From Bdellovibrionales bacterium (GTDB lineage Bacteria > Bdellovibrionota > Bdellovibrionia > Bdellovibrionales > JAUICD01), in assembly GCA_965203275.1 (NCBI GenBank), contig OZ241865.1, positions 800,001 to 864,000 of the forward strand: a stretch of DNA of 64,000 bases, written 5' to 3'. Both the position numbers and the translations under genes were made by a program. The notes under the pieces were generated by a model. It worked only from the letters and a program-made list of their open reading frames with translations, was not told where the DNA came from and did no database searches. Shown in pieces: positions 19,426 to 28,463 of the stretch (position 1 is the first letter of the stretch; every line of letters starts with the position of its first letter).

Positions 19426-20944
19426 AATTAAAATTGATTTTTTCCGGGATCCCAGGACGAAATAAACATCTTGTTTCCCTAATATTGTATTTATCCGGGA
19501 TCTGGGATCCGGGATCCGGCAGTCAAGCATCAAAAACCGGATCCCGGGAGTGAATACAATATCTTGTTTCCTTAACATTTCACTCAAAATGAGCCACACC
19601 TCTGGTGTGTTTTTTGGTGTTGCCTGCAAAGGCTTTCGCCTTTGACAAAATAGGCAACACCTAAAAAATCCGCTCATTTTGAGTAGGGCGGATCTCCTTG
19701 CTTCTGACATCATGTTAAGGAAAAAGTTCTTTTATTGTCTTAAGAGCAAGCGGATTTACGAATGAAGTTCTTTTTCCTTAACATCGTGTCAATTGGGATC
19801 TGGGACCCGGGATCCCGGGATCTGGGATCCGGGATCCCGGCATCAGGTCTTAGAAAGGAACTTTTTCCTTAACATGTAGTCAAAAAACGAATGGATCCTC
19901 CTTACTAAAAGTAAACGGATTTTTGAGGCAATCAGCCTTTGATCGACGGCGATAGCCGTCGGGCTAACTGCCATTAGAAGGATTTTTCCTTAACATGTAG
20001 TCAAAAAACGAGAGGATCCTCCCCTACTCAAAATGAGCAGTTTTTTGCGGCATTGCTCTTTTTAGACAGCGATAGCTGTCAGAGCAATGCCCAAAAACAC
20101 ACCAGAGGTGTGGCTCATTTCAAGTGAAACAGACGGCATGATTTATTTTGAGTGAAAAAGACCATTTTGAGTGAAACGGGAACTTTTTCCTTAACATGTA
20201 GTCAAAAAACGAGAGGATCCTCCCCTACTAAAAGTAAACGGATTTTTGAGGCAATCAGCCTTTGATCGACGGCGTGAGCCGTCGGGCTAACTGCCATTAG
20301 AAGGATTTTTCCTTAACATGTAGTAAAAAGACGAAGATATCCTCCCCTACTAAAAGTAAACGGACTTTTGAGGTGATGACCATTTTATCGACGACGACAG
20401 TCGTCGTGGTCATCGCCCAAAAGCAACCAGAGGTTGGTTTACTTTTAGTGAACCAACTCCCTCTCTACTCAAAATAAATAGATTTTCTAGGCAGTTAGCC
20501 TTTGATCGACGGCGGTAGCCGTCGGGCTAACTGCCATTAGAAGGACATTTTCCTTAACATGGTGTAAAAAAACGAGAGGATCCTCCCCTACTAAAAGTAA
20601 ACGGATTTTTGAGGCAATCAGCCTTTGATCGACGGCGTGAGCCGTCGGGCTAACTGCCATTAGAAGGATTTTTCCTTAACATGTAGTAAAAAGACGAAGA
20701 TATCCTCCCCTACTAAAAGTAAACGGACTTTTGAGGTGATGACCATTTTATCGACGACGACAGTCGTCGTGGTCATCGCCCAAAAGCAACCAGAGGTTGG
20801 TTTACTTTTAGTGAACCAACTCCCTCTCTACTCAAAATAAATAGATTTTCTAGGCAGTTAGCCTTTGATCGACGGCGGTAGCCGTCGGGCTAACTGCCAG
20901 AAAACATGCCAGAGGCATGATTTATTTTGAGTGAAAAGAATCGC

Positions 20945-20973
20945 TTGACAAGAACTTTAAAGGGTTATATAAT
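20945..20973 (+). promoter_or_regulatory. Consensus sigma70 promoter
   Basis: TTGACA-17 nt-TATAAT. AAGGAG SD before ATG 21028. Confidence 0.85.
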
Positions 20974-21027
20974 AGGGCAATTGTAAAACGTAATAAGCAA
21001 CTAAAACTTAACAGAAAGGAGATTAAA

Positions 21028-21591
21028 ATGTTAAAATTACTTATATTATTTAGTATAGGGTTATTTCATGGCTCTATTGTTATAGCTCAATCCAATGTAG
21101 ATGTACCTTCTCTAAGTCCGACTCCAGTTCCAAGTCCTACTCCTCCAACAGCTCAATTTAATGTAAATGTACCTTCTATTGATGAGAGAAACCAAGGAGA
21201 TCGAGTTTATCTTGTTCATAGTAACCAAATTTATCAAGGTACAGTAGAAGGTATAGCTTATGAAGGTGACTTTGTTGTGCAGTTTAATGACCGCACTATT
21301 ATTTCTGATAGTAAGAAGCTATATAGAACAAATGGATGCCTACCACGAAACTATGAACTACAATCATTCTGTGTCAATGACAATGTTCAAATCACTTCTA
21401 ATATGCTAACCACTGTTGATCCTCTGTTAGCTTCAACAAGATTTGTAGGCAAAATTCTAGCTATCAATGCCAATAAGCAAACTGTTATTGTTGAACCTAG
21501 CTCTCAAAGCATGCACGATTTAATGGCACAAACCATAATTGGAACTCAAGTTTATAATGTAAGAGATATTAAACAATATCCTGAATGGTAA
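21028..21591 (+). CDS. Secreted hypothetical protein (Pro-rich linker, two SH3-like beta motifs)
   Basis: Signal peptide, good promoter and RBS. GDRVYL...YQGTVEGI and NDNVQI...FVGKILAI segments. Confidence 0.75.
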   Translation: MLKLLILFSIGLFHGSIVIAQSNVDVPSLSPTPVPSPTPPTAQFNVNVPSIDERNQGDRVYLVHSNQIYQGTVEGIAYEGDFVVQFNDRTIISDSKKLYRTNGCLPRNYELQSFCVNDNVQITSNMLTTVDPLLASTRFVGKILAINANKQTVIVEPSSQSMHDLMAQTIIGTQVYNVRDIKQYPEW

Positions 21592-21597
21592 TTATTT

Positions 21598-21915
21598 TTT
21601 TTCACTAAAAGTAAACTGACCTCTGGTCACTTTCTGGCGATGACCACGATGGCTTTCGCCATTGGCAAAATGGTCATTGTCTCATTTGATTTTCACTAAA
21701 AGCAAACCAGCCTCTGGCTGCTTTTGGACAATGACCGCAAAGGCTTTCGCCATTGGCAAAATGGTCATTGTCTCAAAAGTCCGTTTACTTTTAGTAGGAA
21801 GGATATCTTCGTCTCTTGACCACATGTTAAGGAAAAAGGTCATTTCTAGGACCTGATGCCGGGTTGCCGGATCCCGGATCCCGGATCCCAGATCCCGGAA
21901 AAACATGATGTTAAG
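21598..21915. repeat. Mosaic repeat array (A + B)
   Basis: TTCACTAAAAG units, ATGTTAAGGAAA, GGATCCCGGATCCC. Confidence 0.9.
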
Positions 21916-21962
21916 AATTAAGGTATTTATTACTTTGTCATTATTTGATATTTTTTTTTATT

Positions 21963-24344
21963 TCAAGACTTCAAGACTAAGTTAAGGATTTTCCCAGGAA
22001 CATAAATCACTTTTGAAATGGATTTGCCTGTAATAGCTTTGCTCACAGTATTTATCTGACAAGCCTTTTTAAAAGCAGAATCTTGTGACTCATCTAAGCT
22101 CACATCTATCACACCTCTCTTGACACCGTTGATCTGCACAGCAATAGTTTTCATATCTTCTTTTACTAAAATAGGGTTAAATTCTGGCCAAGATTGCAAA
22201 GATACAAAACCCTCCCCTCCAAGTCTCTCCCATAACTCCTCTGCAATGTGAGGGGCAAAGGGAGCCAGAAGTTGAATGAGAGTCATCAAGGCTGGTTTAG
22301 GTCGCTGGCCTGTTTTGTAAAGTTCATTAACAAAAATCATCATCTGGCTAATAGCTGTATTAAAATCCATACTTTCAATATCTTCTGTGACTTTTTTAAT
22401 AGTTTTGTGCAAGAGCTTCTCAGTCGTTGGAGATATATCTTTACTTTGAGAGATCACCTGACCATCTGGATGGATACATAACCGCCAGACTCTTTCTAAG
22501 AATTTTTTGACTCCAAAAATACCTTTGTCTTGCCAAGGTTTATCTTTATTTAAAGGACCCATAAACATTTCATAAGAACGCAGAGCATCTGCCCCATATT
22601 TTTCTACAACCTCATCAGGATTGATCACATTGCCTGCGGATTTAGACATTTTTTCCCCATCTTCCCCTAGGATCATCCCTTGATGAACAAGTTTTTTAAA
22701 AGGTTCAGGGTGACTGACCCATCCTGCATCAAAAAGCACTCTTTGCCAAAAACGAGCATAGAGAAGATGACCGACTGTATGTTCTGGCCCACCCACATAA
22801 AGGTCGACAGGCATCCAATATTTTTGACAGTCAAAATGAAAAGGCTCTTTATCATTATGAGGATCTGTGTATCTTAAAAAATACCAAGAAGAAGCAGCTG
22901 AACCAGGCATAGTGTCTGTCTCTCGTCGCCCTCCATCTTTGAGCAACATCCATTCTTTATTTTGAGCTAAGGGTGAGTCACCTTGAGATGAAGGTTCGTA
23001 GGTGGTGATCTCTGGTAACAACACAGGCAATTCATTAGCAGGTACGCTTTTCATTCCTTTTTGAGGGTAATGGATCACAGGGAATGGCTCCCCCCAATAT
23101 CTTTGTCGACTAAAAAGCCAATCTCTGAGTTTATATGTGGTATGTTCTTTACCTATTTTCTTATTTTGAATTTTTGATAAAAGCAAATCTATAGCAGCTT
23201 GACTTTCTAAAGCATTGATAAAATCAGAGGCCATCAATCTTCCCATACCTTCGTAAGGAAGGTCACCTCCTTCTATCACCTGCAAAATCTCAAGATTGTA
23301 TTTTTGTGCAAATGCAAAATCTCTTTCATCATGTGCAGGCACGGCCATTATAGCTCCTGTTCCATAAGACATGAGTACATAATCAGAAACCCATATAGGA
23401 ATTTCTTTTCCTGTAAAGGGATGGAGAGCATAACTGCCTGTAAAAACACCTGTTTTTTCGTGAGAGGTTTTGCGATCCAGCTCGCTCTTGTGTGCAGTTT
23501 GTTGGATATAACTTTGAACTTCTTTTGAGTTTTTGATGATCTCAGAGAGCAGAGGATGTTCAGGCGATAAAACCAAAAAAGTTACTCCAAAGAGGGTATC
23601 TAATCTCGTTGTGAAAACAGAAATGCTTTTTGAATGTTCTGCTATTTGAAAATTTATAATAGCTCCCTTGCTTTTGCCTATCCAATTACGTTGACCTTCT
23701 TTTGTACGTTCTGGCCAGTCAATGTGATTTAAGCCTTCAAGAAGTTGCTCGGCATAAGAAGTGATTTTAAGCATCCATTGAGTCATTTGTACTTGAATAA
23801 CTTCATGCCCACCTCTTTCACTTTTGCCATCAATGACTTCTTCATTGGCTAAGACTGTTTTAAGGTGAGGACACCAGTTGACAGGCATTTTTTTTTGATA
23901 AGCTAGGCCTTTCTCTAAAAGTAAAGTGAAGATATATTGAGTCCATTTGTAATAACGAGGGTCACAAGTAGAAATTTCTCGACTCCAATCAAAGCTAAAG
24001 CCAAAAGATTTGAGTTGTCTGCGAAAGTTATCTATGGATTTTTGTGTGGTGATGGATGGATGAACTCCAGTTTGGATAGCATACTGTTCAGCTGGAAGAC
24101 CAAAGGCATCAAAACCAATAGGGTGGAGTACGTTGTAGCCCTTGCATCTTTTGTAGCGGGCGACAATGTCAGAAGCTGTATAGCCTTCAGGATGCCCTAC
24201 ATGTAAACCAGAAGAAGATGGGTAGGGGAACATATCTAATATATAAAACTTTGACTTTTGAGCAAAATTTTTAGCTTGGAAAATACCTTCAGCTTCCCAT
24301 TTCTTCTGCCATTTTTTTTCTATATCTAGATGAGCATAACTCAT
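21963..24344 (-). CDS. leuS: Leucyl-tRNA synthetase
   Basis: MFPYPS..GLHVGH, GTGAIMAVPAHD, RQRYWG, KMSKS. Confidence 0.98.
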   Translation of the reverse strand: MSYAHLDIEKKWQKKWEAEGIFQAKNFAQKSKFYILDMFPYPSSSGLHVGHPEGYTASDIVARYKRCKGYNVLHPIGFDAFGLPAEQYAIQTGVHPSITTQKSIDNFRRQLKSFGFSFDWSREISTCDPRYYKWTQYIFTLLLEKGLAYQKKMPVNWCPHLKTVLANEEVIDGKSERGGHEVIQVQMTQWMLKITSYAEQLLEGLNHIDWPERTKEGQRNWIGKSKGAIINFQIAEHSKSISVFTTRLDTLFGVTFLVLSPEHPLLSEIIKNSKEVQSYIQQTAHKSELDRKTSHEKTGVFTGSYALHPFTGKEIPIWVSDYVLMSYGTGAIMAVPAHDERDFAFAQKYNLEILQVIEGGDLPYEGMGRLMASDFINALESQAAIDLLLSKIQNKKIGKEHTTYKLRDWLFSRQRYWGEPFPVIHYPQKGMKSVPANELPVLLPEITTYEPSSQGDSPLAQNKEWMLLKDGGRRETDTMPGSAASSWYFLRYTDPHNDKEPFHFDCQKYWMPVDLYVGGPEHTVGHLLYARFWQRVLFDAGWVSHPEPFKKLVHQGMILGEDGEKMSKSAGNVINPDEVVEKYGADALRSYEMFMGPLNKDKPWQDKGIFGVKKFLERVWRLCIHPDGQVISQSKDISPTTEKLLHKTIKKVTEDIESMDFNTAISQMMIFVNELYKTGQRPKPALMTLIQLLAPFAPHIAEELWERLGGEGFVSLQSWPEFNPILVKEDMKTIAVQINGVKRGVIDVSLDESQDSAFKKACQINTVSKAITGKSISKVIYVPGKILNLVLKS

Positions 24345-24579
24345 ATAAAACCTTTTTATTGGTTAATCAAAAATAAATTTGAAATATCCATTAAATATTA
24401 TGTTGGAATATTTTTTAAACGTTCTGTTGGTTATGATATTCTTATTTCTTGTTTTGTATATTATGTTTACTTTTTATTTTTATTATTCCTGAATTTTTCT
24501 CTTTTTAATACAATACTGCACTTTCTTAATTATTTCTATATTTTATAAAAAAAGTAGCGTGTTGCCTTATATATGGAGT

Positions 24580-25600
24580 TAATCTGGGATCCTGGGATCT
24601 GGGAACCGGGAACCGGGATCTGGGATCCGGGATCCCGGCATCAGATCCCGGGGTGAAATAAACATCTTCTTTCCTTAACATGTAGTCAAAAAACGAAGAG
24701 ATCCTCCCTACTCAAAATAAATGAATTTTCTAGGCAGTTAGCCTTTGATCGATGACGACAGTCGTCGGGCTAACTGCCAGAAAACATGCCAGAGGCATGA
24801 TTTATTTTGAGTGAAACAAACCCTTAACATTGTGTGAAAAGAGGAAAGGATCCTTCCTACTAAAAATAAACGGATTTTTGAGGTATTGCTCTTTTTGGAC
24901 AGCGTAAGCTGTCAGAGCAATGCCCAAAAACAGCCAGAGGCTGGTTTATTTTTAGTGAAAAAGATAAAAGCACTTTTTCCTTAACATCCTGTTATTTATC
25001 CCTAACCCCACCCGCCACCCTTCGATTCTGCTTTTCTATTTGTATGTTTTTTATGAGTGGGAGGCGAAGGCAGGCTTCCGAAGTCCTCAACCTTCGCTTG
25101 CTTTTAAGGAGCAAGCGGGTCTGCGGAAGATCTCCAGCCTGCCTTCGCCTCCCACTCATAACATTCACGCTTTTTTGAGAGTTATGCAGAATCTAAAAGA
25201 GAATAAAAAAACAAAAAAAGAAATTTTGTTTCCTTAACATGGTATAAAGAAATGAAGGGATCCTTTTTCTGGGATCTGGGATCTGGGATCCGGGATCCGG
25301 CAACCGGCATCAGGCAGAAGCGAAGCGAATATCTTGTTTCCTTAACATGATTTTCATCTGGGATCCGGTAGCCGGCATCCAAATGAACTTTTTCCTTAAC
25401 ATCGTGTTTATCCGGGAACCGGGATCCGGCAGTCAGGCATCAGAAAGAACTCTTTTTCCTTAACATGTAGTCAAAAAACGAAGAGATCCTCCCCTACTCA
25501 AAATGAGCAGTTTTTTGTGGCATTGCTCTTTTTGGACAGCGATAGCTGTCAGAGCAATGCCCAAAAACACACCAGAGGTGTGGCTCATTTTGAGTGAAAA
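24580..25600. repeat. Mosaic repeat array (B, A x3, complete C/D module)
   Basis: Heptamer runs at 24585-24650 and 25270-25310. C/D element at ~24998-25225. Confidence 0.93.
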
Positions 25601-25608
25601 AAAAAGAA

Positions 25609-26805
25609 CTAAGAAGAAGTTTTAGAAGCTACCTTTGCTGGTGAAGATTTTGTTTCTGTTTTATTATTGCCAGCATTGCTAGCATTACCACCATTGCTAG
25701 TAGCAACATTGCTAGTAGCATTACCACCATTGCTAGTAGCAGCATTGCTAGTAGCATTACCACCATTGCTAGATATAGGACTTGAAATACCATAATGTTC
25801 AAAAAGCTTCTGACGTATTTCTTTCATAACTTTAGGATTGGATTTCAAAAATCCTTTTGCATTTTCTCGACCTTGTCCAATCTTCGCTCCTTTATAGCTA
25901 TACCAAGCACCGGATTTTTCAAGGATATTTTTATTAACAGCTAAGTCTATTAATTCACCTTCTTTAGAAATGCCCAAGCCATACATCAGATCAAATTCCA
26001 CGCGAGCAAACGGGGGAGCTAGTTTATTTTTGACTACTTTGACAGCTGTCCTGTTACCAACCACCTCATCACCATTTTTAATAGCACCTATACGCCGGAC
26101 ATCTAAACGTACAGAAGCATAAAATTTTAAGGCATTACCTCCTGTGGTGGTTTCTGGATTGCCAAACATCACACCAATTTTCATACGGATTTGATTGATA
26201 AAGATCACTGTTGTATTTGAACGATTGATCACTGCTGTGAGCTTTCTAAGTGCCTGAGACATCAATCTTGCATGAAGTCCCATGTGACTATCACCCATAT
26301 TCCCTTCGATCTCTGCCTTAGGAGTTAAAGCTGCAACAGAATCCAAAACTAAAATATCTACTGCACCTGATCTCACAAGTGTTTCTGCAATATCTAAGCC
26401 TTGCTCTCCTGTGTCTGGTTGAGAGATCAACATATCAGATGTTTGTACACCTAACTTCTTTGCATAGACCATATCTAAAGCATGCTCTGCATCTACAAAG
26501 GCTGCTATGCCTCCCATTCTTTGAGCTTCTGCAATAGCAGACAAAGCCATTGTGGTCTTGCCTGAACTTTCAGGTCCGTATATTTCTACAATCCGCCCCC
26601 TAGGAATACCGCCTGTTCCCAAAGCAATATCCAAAGACAGTGAACCAGTCGATATGACAGGGATATTCTCATAAAGGCTTTTGCCTCCTCCTAGCTTCAT
26701 AATAGAGCCTTTACCAAACTGTTTTTCAATTGAGCTAATAGCTAAATCTAAAGCCTTTTTTCTCTCTTGATTGCTTGTGATATTGTTGTGAAATGTTGCT
26801 TGCAT
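25609..26805 (-). CDS. recA: Recombinase A with low-complexity C-terminal extension
   Basis: [31 protein letters not shown]. Confidence 0.99.
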   Translation of the reverse strand: MQATFHNNITSNQERKKALDLAISSIEKQFGKGSIMKLGGGKSLYENIPVISTGSLSLDIALGTGGIPRGRIVEIYGPESSGKTTMALSAIAEAQRMGGIAAFVDAEHALDMVYAKKLGVQTSDMLISQPDTGEQGLDIAETLVRSGAVDILVLDSVAALTPKAEIEGNMGDSHMGLHARLMSQALRKLTAVINRSNTTVIFINQIRMKIGVMFGNPETTTGGNALKFYASVRLDVRRIGAIKNGDEVVGNRTAVKVVKNKLAPPFARVEFDLMYGLGISKEGELIDLAVNKNILEKSGAWYSYKGAKIGQGRENAKGFLKSNPKVMKEIRQKLFEHYGISSPISSNGGNATSNAATSNGGNATSNVATSNGGNASNAGNNKTETKSSPAKVASKTSS

Positions 26806-26972
26806 AAAAGCCTCCTTACAATTTTGTTGGATGAGTTTGTTTTTTCATTAAATTGATTTTTCCATTACATTAAAAATTATAAAAAATACTATTTCTTTAA
26901 AATGAATAACATGACGTTAAAAAGTAAAATGTTTAGTTCTATTTCTTTATCGTAATGTATTATTTATTTATT

Positions 26973-27040
26973 AAAAATCCTAGCCCGAAAGTATCTGCTG
27001 TATTAATAAATACTATTTTAGATTTCCTTTCGAGCTAGGA
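26973..27040 (-). terminator. Long stem-loop followed by a T-run on the minus strand
   Basis: TCCTAGCCCGAAAG (26978) pairs with CTTTCGAGCTAGGA (ends 27040). AAAAA at 26973-77. Confidence 0.55.
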
Positions 27041-27295
27041 GAAAGGAGTAAAACTATGATTGATTTATAAAAACTTATATTATTAAATTTAAAAAATTTG
27101 ATTTTTTGAAATCTTAACTCCTTATGCCAGATTTTTTTTGTAAAGTGAAGTAAAAAATAAAAACATCAAGCAAAAACTCCTAACTTAAATAAAGAAAGAA
27201 AACATGAAGTGCAGCATCATAACTCTTACTTAAGAGGCATTTAATGGAAGAACATAGCCTTGTTAGGAGTTCATGCTCAATGCTTACTCTTGTGA

Positions 27296-27312
27296 TGCAT
27301 AATCTATGCCAA
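27296..27312 (-). promoter_or_regulatory. Putative sigma54 promoter
   Basis: Minus strand TTGGCATAGATTATGCA fits GG-N10-GC. Confidence 0.45.
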
Positions 27313-27524
27313 GGACAAAAGTACTCTAAAGAGGCATTTCATTGATTTTTTTTTAGAAAAATGCCGGAATTCAAACATATTTTCTGTTTTAGAATATTTT
27401 TTAATGTCTTTTATGCAGCTTGTCATTATTGATGGTTTACGGATGTCTCAAGTGATTTTTGCATAAGCTATATTAAAGACTATGCATAATTTTATTTAAG
27501 ATTATTTTGACTAAATTGCGTCAT

Positions 27525-28430
27525 ACGATGTTAAGGAGGGTGGTGGTGGTTCACTAAAAGTGGTCAGACAGCAAGCTTCTCTGAAGTTTGCCATGTAACA
27601 ACACTAGGTGATGACCATTTTATCGACGTGAAATAAATATCTTGTTTCCTTAAAATTTCACTCAAAATGAACTGGCCTCTGGCCACTTTTGAGCTGGATC
27701 TTCAATTTATTTCTTAAATTTCAAAATCATGGCCCTGAGACCAGACTCTTTCCCATTTATATCATTAGCTTTTAAAAAACTTCATCTTATTTGGCTTTGA
27801 ATTTCTGTCCTTACAAATAAAAAATCTGGATGCGAATGGTAATGGGCAATCAGCCCGACGGCTCATGCCGTCGTAAAAAGCTGGCTACCTCAAAAGCTTG
27901 TTCATTTTGAGTAGAGGAGGATCCTTTTATTCCTCTACACCATGTTAGGGAAAAAGAGTTTCATTTGCAGAATGCTTGCCTTTAAGGCAATGAAAGAAAA
28001 TTTTCCTTAACATGGTGTTCATCCGGGATCCCGGGATCTGGGATCCGGCAACCCGGGATCCGGCAGAAAAGGCATTTTGTTTCCTTAACATGGTGTTAAA
28101 AAACGAAGAGATCCTCTCTACTCAAAGTGAACAGGCTTTTGAGGCAATGACCATTTTGCCAATGGCGAAAGCCATTGCGGTCATTGTCCAAAAGTGACCA
28201 GAGGTCAGTTCACTTTGAGTGAACCAACGGCATTGCTCTTTTTAGACAGCGATAGCTGTCAGAGCAAACATCAGAAGGAAATCTTTTTCCTTAACATGGT
28301 GTTAAAAAACGAAGAGATCCTCCTTACTAAAAGTAAACGGACTTTTGAGACATTGCTCTTTTTAGACAGCGATAGCTGTCAGAGCAATGTCCAAAAGTAG
28401 CCAGAGGCTAGTTTACTTTTAGTGAAAAAG
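27525..28430. repeat. Mosaic repeat array
   Basis: Module A copies at ~28119-28224 and 28325-28427, heptamers at 28022-28065. Confidence 0.9.
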
Positions 28431-28463
28431 AATCGCTTGCTATAAAGAAGTAAATCCTATAAT

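Larger units (their letters stand above)
18492..20936. repeat. Largest mosaic repeat array, enclosing the four-helix-bundle gene
   Basis: GGGATCY heptamer runs and many module A copies. Direct repeats 18492-18790 and 19470-19720, and a ~363-bp tandem duplication at ~20205-20900. Confidence 0.93.

Noticed and set aside
18513..19713. Near-identical ORFs 18513..18779 and 19399..19713 and other repeat-derived ORFs (7668..8012, 15470, 21662, 25040, 28012, 28194, 30459, 31210, 36439)
   Set aside because: Translations of the non-coding modules. Frames and strands are not conserved between copies, and there is no RBS.
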